NCBI GenBank assembly: GCA_040285825.1
Contig: JAUPSS010000004.1
Coordinates: forward strand, 930,001-994,000
Direction of reading: 5' to 3'
Length of the DNA stretch: 64,000 bases
From: Eukaryota sp. TZLM1-RC
Taxonomy: Eukaryota > Protista > Metamonada: BaSk clade
Shown here: positions 38,860-47,470 of the stretch, piece by piece
How positions within the stretch are numbered: position 1 is the stretch's first letter
Layout: each line of letters starts with the position of its first letter
The notes under the pieces: model-generated
Databases searched by the model: none
What the model was told of the DNA's origin: nothing
The model's input: the letters and a program-made list of their open reading frames with translations, nothing else
Position numbers and translations under genes: made by a program

Positions 38860-39385
38860 AAAAAAGTTGATAAAAGAATGGCTCACTACCATTCAAAAGG
38901 AGTCACCCTGTAGTTGAAATCAGTATCATGCTTATAATCACAATCAACAGTACGTTGAAATAATAAAATTTGTTTAATTATTCTACTTTATTGACATTAT
39001 CATTGACTTGAACATCAAACGTTAACCACAAAATACTTAAATCCAAAAATTTTCAACAAAGGGAATTTTCATTGATCACATGTGTTTATATAGATTTTAT
39101 GATTGCACAAATGAATTTTGAAAATTAGGTGTGGAAAATTGAACTAAATTTCTCAAAGATGGTTATTATTACTTGGATTATAAACATGTGAAACGATATG
39201 TATTTGTAAACATGCAAAGAAATTGAAAAATTTGGTAAATAGTCATACTTAAAGTGAATAATTCTGAATTGCATTGTTTGAATATCAATCACTATGGTCA
39301 AATGACAGAACTTGTTATACAAGGATTATCACTATCTTTTCCCAATAACATTTCTTCTTTAAATTGTTGAAATTTATCATCACAC
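38860..39385. repeat. ~520-bp diverged dispersed repeat; partner at ~59158-59720
   Basis: aaagaatggctca..aatcagtatcatg..gtgaataattctgaatt..cccaataacatttcttctttaaattgttgaaat in both. Confidence 0.8.
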
Positions 39386-39559
39386 TCGAAATTGATGATT
39401 TGCGGGGGTTAGACGTGGTATACTTAAACGCAATGTAATTTATTACGAAAGCAAAAGGGTTTCCTTCGAATTAAGGGCTACAGAGCATATGAATATGATA
39501 AGACGATTATTATTAGGTATGTTCATCTCTAATTTTAGGCATGTTTAATAAATTTTTTT

Positions 39560-39935
39560 CTCTCTTTCACCATGCAAAACGAAGTTCCATCAGGACTTTT
39601 TCCCAGTATAAACAGTGCCTTTTCTTGCCTTTTAATCTTGGGCTTTTAGCCAAGGGTTTGCATTAATGAAAGAGTGCAGCAAAGAATCTTCCTGTCAGTT
39701 TGTTTGCGACCGTAGTTACCTTTTTAAGCCTGTCGTTTCGAGTCAGGATAGGCAGCGTAAGGGCTACACTAAGAACACTGGTTGTCTCTTTACTGTTTTG
39801 TGCTTCACAATTGAATGTTCTTTTGCCACTGAAAAAGGGTGACAACATAACCATGCTTTTGTCTCCAATCCAGCGGCACATCCGGTTCACAAACAGGTCA
39901 ATAAAGGGCAAAAGACCTACATTGTTGATCACCTC
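39560..39935 (-). mobile_element. Possible MULE SWIM-region remnant
   Basis: Frameshifted IDL..RMC..W..LCCH pattern. Confidence 0.35.
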
Positions 39936-40049
39936 ATAGCAGCAACTCCTCCTCGATTTATTTGTATGGGTTTAAGAGTTCCTTTGCTGGATCGAATCTG
40001 ATTTCTCAGGATATTTACAATATATCGACGAGTTTAAAGATTAGTAGAG

Positions 40050-40345
40050 CTGCCACCATTGGAGAGCTACTAATGGAGTTTATGCTACTTCATGAGATGA
40101 TATTTCGCATTTATCCTGAACAGACATCATACAAATGAGGTCCAATGATAATCCTGAAGTAGTCCATGCTGTCAGAGGCAGACCAGCAGTAGCACGGAAT
40201 CATAACCCACTTTCAACACAATGAGAACCCTCTGGATTTGAAATTGCACGTCAAGTAAGAACATGTCCACCAGGACAACGACTATGTGGACAAAGTCACG
40301 AGCAGGCCACAATGCACGTACTTGTCCAAAAAGAAGACAATAATA
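40050..40345 (+). mobile_element. MULE-like C-terminal remnant
   Basis: RGRP followed by a ..GHNARTCP knuckle. Confidence 0.5.
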
Positions 40346-40569
40346 AAAGCATTTAATTACACACTCTTATGCTCTATTAGGTATGAAAAGTATAGATAAA
40401 TAGGATCTTAGAGATGGAAAAGAAGGAGAAACAAATTTATTGAACATGCCTAATAAACGCCTATAAAAAACAAAATAATCACATGAACTATCAATAATAA
40501 TAAAGCTAGTCAAGACTAACAAAGCCCTTTCTCTTTTTCAAGCGACGAGGCCTCGGAACGACGGAAGGA

Positions 40570-40895
40570 ATAGTCTTCTTTGGATTACTACTAAAGCAAT
40601 GTTAATCCATAGTAATCCTCTTGCTTTTCCTGATGCTGACTCATCCATCTTAATTTCCACAGATGCCCCTGATAAAGCAATTGCTGGCATTATCTGGAAG
40701 AAACTTGAACCTTGACCCCCTGGTACTTGCTTAACCAAACGCAAAGTTGCCCATGTATCTTTTTACTCTCGAATCCTGACTGCCTCTCAACAAAACTGGT
40801 CTACCATGCAAAAAGTGCTCTTTGCCATAGTAATGACCTTAAATCAGCCCAACCCTTCCTCCTTTTTAGTGACTAAGCATTTTACCTTTTTCTGA
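40570..40895 (+). mobile_element. Ty3/Gypsy RNase H fragment, second family
   Basis: LISTDAPDKAIAGIIW..RKVAHVSFYSRILT..WSTMQK; homologous to 45300-45545. Confidence 0.85.
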
Positions 40896-40904
40896 AGAAA
40901 TTTT

Positions 40905-41280
40905 GGGATAGTCATACAGGAACAACTGGTTTTTATTAATGAAGTTAGTTTAAGACTAGGAAAATTACACCGAAGGTATGGCAGATCACCTAAAAGGACC
41001 CCCTTGTGAGTGAAAAAAGACCTCAGTTCAAAGAAAGGCAAATAAGCTTTGACAGTTTTCGCTATTTCTGTGACGGGAGTTCTTGCATGCAGCTTACGGC
41101 GCAGATATTTCAACAGAATTGCTTTCACTGAATTTCTGAAGAGTTTACTGAATGGAGATCTCCTAGGAGTGTTTGGTACAGCCAAGTCTATTATCATCAT
41201 GGACGGTTGTGGAATTCACCGCCATAGAGGTATAAAAGAAGGTTTAAAGTTGTCTGGTGTCGACAGCTTAATTTTGAAGG
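40905..41280 (+). mobile_element. IS630/Tc1-mariner DDE transposase remnant
   Basis: LVFINE..RRYGRSPK (first catalytic D mutated), AIS..GVL, F.EFL, IIIMDGCGIH. Confidence 0.8.
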
Positions 41281-41377
41281 TTGATGTCCGTAGGGGCGAC
41301 GTCGGTGAACGTATGTCCTGCTAACTGAGACGTTTTCTTCAGGCGAAAAGCAGGGCTTGATTGGTGGCACTGCGCGA

Positions 41378-41990
41378 AAAAAAATCAGCCGACCTTACAG
41401 AAATCAAAACTTATATCGAAGCAAAAGAATTATTCAATCTAAGAACACGAGAGTTCAACCAGCAACCTTAAAACAACCTCAGCAGGAATACTCAAACATA
41501 AGAAGATCAGAAGACCAAATGATTAATCAATTCAAAAGAATATTTGGATTCTCTTCTGATGTTGTTATTAGATTTGGTGATTCGAGAGTTGCTGCTTATA
41601 AAATCAAAAGTTGGGCACCTACTATTAAAGAAAAATTATTGAGAAAGCTGTTCAAATAAGCCAGATATACCGTCCTTTTAATTGATGAATGCCGAACAAG
41701 TAAGTATTGTTCTGCTTGTGCTGAATTTGGTCAAATCAGAATGAATTCTGAAGAACACGGTATCAAAAGGCCTAGACTTGTGGATATAAGACGTTTGAGA
41801 GAAAGAAGAAAATATTTGAAGTGGTGGTATGCATGAGACATAAAAAAAGACATTATAGTTCAAAACACGAAGGAGAAAAGTCAACAGTAGACGCAAATTC
41901 AATTGCTTGTGGACTACGTCGATGTTCAAAGTGCAAAACATGGTGGGATAGGGATTTTTTACCATAAATAGATTACTTTTGGTTGTATGA
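41378..41990 (+). pseudogene. Fanzor (eukaryotic TnpB-like, Fanzor1-type) C-terminal half, decayed
   Basis: KSADLTEIKTYIEAK..REF; NIRRSEDQMINQFKRIFG..DVVIRFGD..APT..LRKLFK*ARYTVLLIDECRTSKYCSAC; CGLRRCSKCKTWWDRD. Confidence 0.82.
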
Positions 41991-42009
41991 GGCAGACTTG
42001 TCTCACAAA

Positions 42010-42400
42010 TATCATGAAGCCCGCCAAGTCTCAACCTTCTCTTTCTCATTCAGAATTTGCTGCTCTTTTGGAAGGTCTGGAAGATTCCAACATGATTGCT
42101 GATTTCAGCGGCATCAAGCAGAATTGCCTTATCGCTATAGAGTTGGTCATGGCAGATTCTGTGGAATTTGACCGAAATCTAGTGTTGACTTTTTCATCTG
42201 ACCATTTTCCAGCTTCAAGGACACGAGACAAGACCTCTTTTTTCATGCTTTGTTCTGCTTTGTCCCAGAACTGAACCTTTCTCTAAGCGATCAGGCGTGA
42301 CTGGACATTTAAAAAAACTTCACCCAGATGTCAGCAATGACGTTTTGAAACAGTCTGGACACATGAAATGCGGTTGTGGAGACATCATCCAAGTTGATTG
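42010..42400 (+). other. Decayed ORF with a zinc-finger-like end; possibly the 5' end of a non-LTR element
   Basis: TGHLKKLHP..MKCGCG. Confidence 0.3.
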
Positions 42401-42405
42401 TGTTG

Positions 42406-42577
42406 TGTTAGCTGAGGCTAAACGCCACTTTCCGGTTTTGGAGAGTATCACGTGTAGCATCACGTGATCAATAGTTTAAATTCAGTTCTTGTTTAATTTA
42501 GTTTGATTTTTGGTATATTTACAAAAGAGCCCCATTTGAGAACACCCACTTTAAAAAAAGAGCCCCATTCATAAACA
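42406..42577 (+). mobile_element. LTR-like sequence (TGTTAGC...AAACA) related to 49927-50078
   Basis: tgttagc..taaacg..actt.cc..ttttgga.agt..atcacgt..tttaaattc shared between the two. Confidence 0.6.
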
Positions 42578-42689
42578 TCCTTTTCAATATAGACCCATTG
42601 TTCTATAACGTCGATGTCTTCCGAAAACAACAATATAGACACTCTCAAGAAGTACCAGTTACATGTGGGCGCATTCTTCCTCGATAATG

Positions 42690-42890
42690 CATGGCTGTTA
42701 AAGGTAAGAGAGTTACCCATTATAGCAATGCTGAAACAAATGCGACTCAAAATGACAGCCTGGATCAACGACAGAAGAAAAGAAGCAAGACAATTGTCAG
42801 AAAACCTCAAGATTACTGTAGTACCACCAGTGTACGAGGCAGTAAAGCAGAACCTAAGACGTGGAAGAATGATGAGGGTCTCTATTTGTG
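42690..42890 (+). mobile_element. MULE transposase C-terminal fragment fused in frame to gag
   Basis: VRELPIIAMLKQMRLKMTAWINDRR matches the MuDR R.LPI..L..IR..M.W...RR pattern. Confidence 0.65.
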
Positions 42891-43057
42891 GTCTATCCAT
42901 CCCATACATATCCGACCCATCGGCCAGAATTGAAGAACTCGAATTTTCAAGAGGGGTATTTACACTCCCAATGTCGACCGTAGCTAACGCCTTCTTAACA
43001 GGTCTGGACAACTTGGCATAAACGAGCAATTTATTCGAGATTTACGGTAAACAATCT

Positions 43058-45874
43058 TTGTGGAACGACAAACTAGTCTCGTTCAACGATTTAACCAAAG
43101 TGGCCAGAGAGAAACTTTTGTCTTGGATGCAAGCCGCACCGAACAAGGAAACCATCCAACTACTGAGAAAAGAGGCGAACAAACCTAAATTAGAAACAGG
43201 AGAATTTCATTCGTCAGAAAGGAAAAGGAGAACCGACCCTGAAGACCAACAATTCCCTCAATTGAAAAAAGGTAAACACACCAGAGGGGGACAGAAATTT
43301 TGTACCTTTTGTCAAATCCCAGGTCATATTATAACAGAATGTGGGGACCCAACCTGTAGTCGCTCATTGGTCCCTATGAATCAAAGAAAAGGCGCCGGCT
43401 ATGGTAGAGGCCGTGGAAACTTTAGTAGAGGCAGTAGAGGCAATTTTAGAGGCCGAAGTAGAGGCCGTGGTAATTTGTATAGAGGAACTAGGGGCCGAGG
43501 TGGCCGTGGTAATAGAGGTAATACATATCGTGAATGTAACGTCCTTAATAACAAGTTTAATAACAAAAACAAATCGTCGCATGTTACAGCTCCCGAATTG
43601 AATCAGATTTGTTCTTCTACTCAATCGGACAATTCAGCTCAAACAGCCCTCTTAAATCCACTCTCTTTCTTGAACATTGGAAATAGCAACATAAATAATC
43701 AGATTAATGTAATAAATAATACAGAAAGAGATTTATGCAACCGAACAGGTAACAATGCTCCTTGTATAAACCACAACAGATCCCAGCAGCCTCAGTTTTT
43801 AGAACTTCAGGTAAGAATTAACAGTACAGTCATAAAAGGCATGATAGATGCAGCTGCATATTGTTCTGTCATTTCCCTAGACCTAGCAAATCTGTGTTCA
43901 ATGTCCATCAATGAAAACGACATCACACAATTCATCCCTGCTAGTAACGTATCGACCAATTCGCTTGGAAGTGCACAAGGCATTTTGACGTTCAATGTTG
44001 GTAGCATCGCGAACCAAGTTTCAATAAATCATACTCTCCCCGCAATCCCGGGTTCAAACAAATTTTACATGTTACAAAAACTTGGGTTATTGACATCTGA
44101 CCGTTTAGTAATTGTACTAGACGAAGAGCGCCGCACTTTACTAAATGCTGAAACCGAATTTGATAACAGAATTAAAACTCACCAAATCGGTCATGTAGAA
44201 TCTATTCCCAGCAGTGAAAAAGATTTTACCCAGCAATTAGATAGATCTGGATGTGAGATTAAATTAGATGATAGTGAGTATAATAAGAGTTTGTCTGATA
44301 TATTAGGTCAATACAAGGACGTATTCAGCGAAACGCCCAATAAAGAAGGCATCGATTGTCCACCCATGTCAATCCCCTTTTATAATCCTAACGCTATTGT
44401 ACATAAACCAGCAAGGGGTCTCAACCCAAAGAAATTACAAATAGCTAACCAAATTTTTGACGAATTAATCGAAATGGGCTATGTAATTGAATCGAACTAT
44501 AAATTCAGTTCCCCTATTGTATTAGTAATATACCCTGATGATCGAAAACCGAGGTTGACAGGCGATTTCAGCGGTAAAGATGGTGTTAACGCTCTTACTA
44601 TTCCAGTTGAGTCTAACTTACCATTAATTTCGGATGTTTTGGAATTTCTAAGTCAAGCCAACTACATCGCCACTTTGGACCTTCCAAAAGCTTTTTGGCA
44701 GATGAAAGTCGCTGACGAGGATATTGAAAAGACATCCATCTCTATCTCTGGCAGATCCATTATGTTTAAAAGGGCATGTTTCGGATTAAAGAATATCCAA
44801 GCAATTTTTCAAAATGTTATGATGGAAATTTTTCAGATAGACGGAGTGTTCATATACATTGATGACATAATCATAATTGGATCAACCCTTCAACAATTTT
44901 TAGAAAGAATTCAAAGAGTACTGCAATGCGCAAGGGATAGAAGAGTCAACATTGGATTGAGAAAATGTAAATTCGTTACTGACAAACAACCAATTGACAT
45001 TTTAGGCAGCGCTTTCCAATATAGACAACGTAAAATTAGTCAAAAACGAGTCGATGCTTTAATTAACATCCCTGCTCCAAAAACAATAAAAGAAGTTCGG
45101 TCATTAGTCGGCTCAGTCAATTTCATCAGAGACTGGCTCCCAAACATTTCACAACTGATTGCACCCATAAACGAATTAATCAAACACAAACAACGTCGTG
45201 TCAACTGGGAAACCAAACACGACCAACTATTAAAACAAATAAAAGAATTGATCATTAATCATATGCCTCTGGAATTACCATCACCAGACAAACGCATTTT
45301 AATAAGCACCGATGCATCAGACATCGCAGTAGGAGGAGTTATCTGGCAAGAGGTCGAACCATATGCACCCACAGGAACTGCATTAAAAGATAGAAAAGTA
45401 AAACCAATCTCTTTTTACAGTAGAATATTAACTGATACTCAAAAACGTTGGTCAACATTACAAAAGGAACTATACGCAATATTATTAATACTAACAGAAA
45501 GCCATTTAGAAAGCTTCCTCATCACTCGACACTTAACCATATTCACCGACCATAGAAATATTGCGTTCCTCGCCACAGCTCCAGAAAAGAACAGAATAGT
45601 CAAAAGATGGTTACCTATTTTATCAGAATTTGATTTTGATATAGTACATGAGAAAGGAGAAGACAATCACTGGGCAGACATGATGTCACGAAACATTGAT
45701 GACAATTCAGTAATACCAGAATTAAATCACATCAGTCACCCACACGATCCTTACTGGCACGGTGAAATTCCACCCCCAGATGACGATTCCGACTATGAAA
45801 GTCCAGAACCAATCCACATTCTCGAATTATCAAGACAGATTTACCAATCTTTTCAAATTGGTTATCCAAAGTAA
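43058..45874 (+). CDS. Gag C-terminus (CCHC, RGG box), protease, RT and RNase H polyprotein
   Basis: CTFCQIPGHIITEC, IDAAA, LDLPKAFWQ, FGLKN, YIDD, TDASD, TDH, ADMMSR; frameshift near 45830 into the integrase frame. Confidence 0.93.
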   Translation: MWNDKLVSFNDLTKVAREKLLSWMQAAPNKETIQLLRKEANKPKLETGEFHSSERKRRTDPEDQQFPQLKKGKHTRGGQKFCTFCQIPGHIITECGDPTCSRSLVPMNQRKGAGYGRGRGNFSRGSRGNFRGRSRGRGNLYRGTRGRGGRGNRGNTYRECNVLNNKFNNKNKSSHVTAPELNQICSSTQSDNSAQTALLNPLSFLNIGNSNINNQINVINNTERDLCNRTGNNAPCINHNRSQQPQFLELQVRINSTVIKGMIDAAAYCSVISLDLANLCSMSINENDITQFIPASNVSTNSLGSAQGILTFNVGSIANQVSINHTLPAIPGSNKFYMLQKLGLLTSDRLVIVLDEERRTLLNAETEFDNRIKTHQIGHVESIPSSEKDFTQQLDRSGCEIKLDDSEYNKSLSDILGQYKDVFSETPNKEGIDCPPMSIPFYNPNAIVHKPARGLNPKKLQIANQIFDELIEMGYVIESNYKFSSPIVLVIYPDDRKPRLTGDFSGKDGVNALTIPVESNLPLISDVLEFLSQANYIATLDLPKAFWQMKVADEDIEKTSISISGRSIMFKRACFGLKNIQAIFQNVMMEIFQIDGVFIYIDDIIIIGSTLQQFLERIQRVLQCARDRRVNIGLRKCKFVTDKQPIDILGSAFQYRQRKISQKRVDALINIPAPKTIKEVRSLVGSVNFIRDWLPNISQLIAPINELIKHKQRRVNWETKHDQLLKQIKELIINHMPLELPSPDKRILISTDASDIAVGGVIWQEVEPYAPTGTALKDRKVKPISFYSRILTDTQKRWSTLQKELYAILLILTESHLESFLITRHLTIFTDHRNIAFLATAPEKNRIVKRWLPILSEFDFDIVHEKGEDNHWADMMSRNIDDNSVIPELNHISHPHDPYWHGEIPPPDDDSDYESPEPIHILELSRQIYQSFQIGYPK

Positions 45875-45972
45875 GAGCAGAACAACAACTGGCCATTAGC
45901 AATAACGATCCATTATTCAAAAACGCCACACTCTGCAGAAACACAGAAATCTGGCTTAATAATAATAATAAA

Positions 45973-47352
45973 ATGATAATACCGACCAAACTAAGAAAAA
46001 CAGCACTCAATCTAATACACGGATTAACACAATCAGGCCACCCAAGCAAAAACGAAAGTCTTCACAAGCTTTCCAGAAGTGATTTTTACTGGCCAAACAT
46101 GAGAAAAGACCTCATCAAACACATCGAAAAATGTCCTACTTGTCAGAAAACAGCCCCCATAAAACAATCAAAGACCTCCTCAACGGGCTCACTGTGGGCA
46201 AATCGTCCATTTGCTAAACTAAATGCAGACACAATTGGACCTCTGAATAAAGATAATAATGATAATAAATACTTATTAGTTTTCGTCGACAGTTTCACTA
46301 GATATACAATACTAGTGCCACTGAAAGAACTCAATGCTTTAGAAGTGGCAGATGCATTAATTTGGAATATCTGCGCAATATTCGGCATACCTATGGCTAT
46401 ACATAGTGATAATGGCCCAGAGTTCGCCAATGAAACATTCAAATTGCTATGCCAGAGAATGTCAATCGAAGTCACAAATTCAATTCCATATCACTCTGAA
46501 AGTAATGGATTGGTGGAAAGGAAACATAGGGATGTAATTAAATGTATAAGAAGATTATTAATAGATTACAACGACTATGACGCTTGGTCCACATATGTCC
46601 CAATTACACAGTTATTAATTAACTCAACCAAAAGCAGAATCACAAACCACACCCCCTACGAATTGATTTTCTGGTCATCTATCAGCCCTAGATCAGACCC
46701 TGCTAACATCCTTGGCGGCATATTCGATTTTGAATCCAATGTCCCACTTTTACAAGACCTCAAACTTAAAACTGATCGTCTCCAAAAGAAATGGGAGGAA
46801 GCAGAGAAGCACCAATTATTAAACAAACCCATTCGGAATAATATTAATAATAATACAGAAACCACATTTAATATTAGTGCCTATATTCTTCGAAAAGCTA
46901 AGCAAAACAGCAAATTGCATGGATCTTGGTTAGACCCATTTTTAATTATAGAAATCCCATCCAATTCCACATTGACAGTTAAGAACCTGACGACTGGTGA
47001 TGAGACAAATGTATCAAAGAGGGACTGCAAAATATACAACGCTGACGATCCTAACGATGTTGATTTACTCAGGGCAATCGCAGCCACCGATTCAGGTAAA
47101 CATGTCATCGAAGAAATCCTTAAGGAATATAAAACATCTCAGGGACCCTTCTGTACTGTGAAATGGTTTGGTGGAGAAACTACCGAGGAACCACTCCATT
47201 CGATCAGATATTCAGAAGCGTATAAGCAATTTATTAGTAAGCCAAATAAAAGAAAACGCAAAGCTAATATATCCAATAGCTCGTCTCAGGCTCTCCCCGT
47301 GCCTCGACAAAAGCGATATCCGCAAAGGAAGCGGAACAACAATAGTAAGTAA
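45973..47352 (+). CDS. Integrase (HHCC, DDE) with a chromodomain-like tail
   Basis: H..GH..CPTC, DTIGP, VDSFTRY, SDNGPEF, SNGLVER, VIEEIL..VKW..TEEP. Confidence 0.93.
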   Translation: MIIPTKLRKTALNLIHGLTQSGHPSKNESLHKLSRSDFYWPNMRKDLIKHIEKCPTCQKTAPIKQSKTSSTGSLWANRPFAKLNADTIGPLNKDNNDNKYLLVFVDSFTRYTILVPLKELNALEVADALIWNICAIFGIPMAIHSDNGPEFANETFKLLCQRMSIEVTNSIPYHSESNGLVERKHRDVIKCIRRLLIDYNDYDAWSTYVPITQLLINSTKSRITNHTPYELIFWSSISPRSDPANILGGIFDFESNVPLLQDLKLKTDRLQKKWEEAEKHQLLNKPIRNNINNNTETTFNISAYILRKAKQNSKLHGSWLDPFLIIEIPSNSTLTVKNLTTGDETNVSKRDCKIYNADDPNDVDLLRAIAATDSGKHVIEEILKEYKTSQGPFCTVKWFGGETTEEPLHSIRYSEAYKQFISKPNKRKRKANISNSSSQALPVPRQKRYPQRKRNNNSK

Positions 47353-47380
47353 TTTTAATTAACGAAACGGGAGAAGGTAG

Positions 47381-47457
47381 TGTAGGTATCACACTAGTGA
47401 GTACCTTTATATAGAATGACATTTAATAAAATTAACTTTATCTTAACTCTCTTTACA
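47381..47457 (+). mobile_element. Putative 77-bp LTR
   Basis: Follows a PPT; TGTA/TACA ends; internal TATATA and AATAAA. Confidence 0.7.
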
Positions 47458-47470
47458 TCCAGCTAGCATA

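Larger units (their letters stand above)
42900..47457 (+). mobile_element. Ty3/Gypsy LTR retrotransposon, 5'-truncated, gag-PR-RT-RH-INT-chromo-like
   Basis: Domain order RT-RH-INT; polypurine tract (PPT) 47364-47380 followed by a TGTA...TACA LTR. Confidence 0.93.

Noticed and set aside
41305-41360. Hammerhead ribozyme (CTGA..GAAA) between the transposase and Fanzor
   Set aside because: The core lacks CUGANGA spacing and a three-stem topology could not be formed.
42614-43021. Genuine gag ORF1 with stop readthrough
   Set aside because: Its first part is MULE-like, so it is a chance in-frame fusion; the TAA falls within a region homologous to the other gag.
43364-47108. Short antisense or overlapping ORFs here and throughout the ORF track
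   Set aside because: They are shadows of transposon or host coding strands with no independent motifs.
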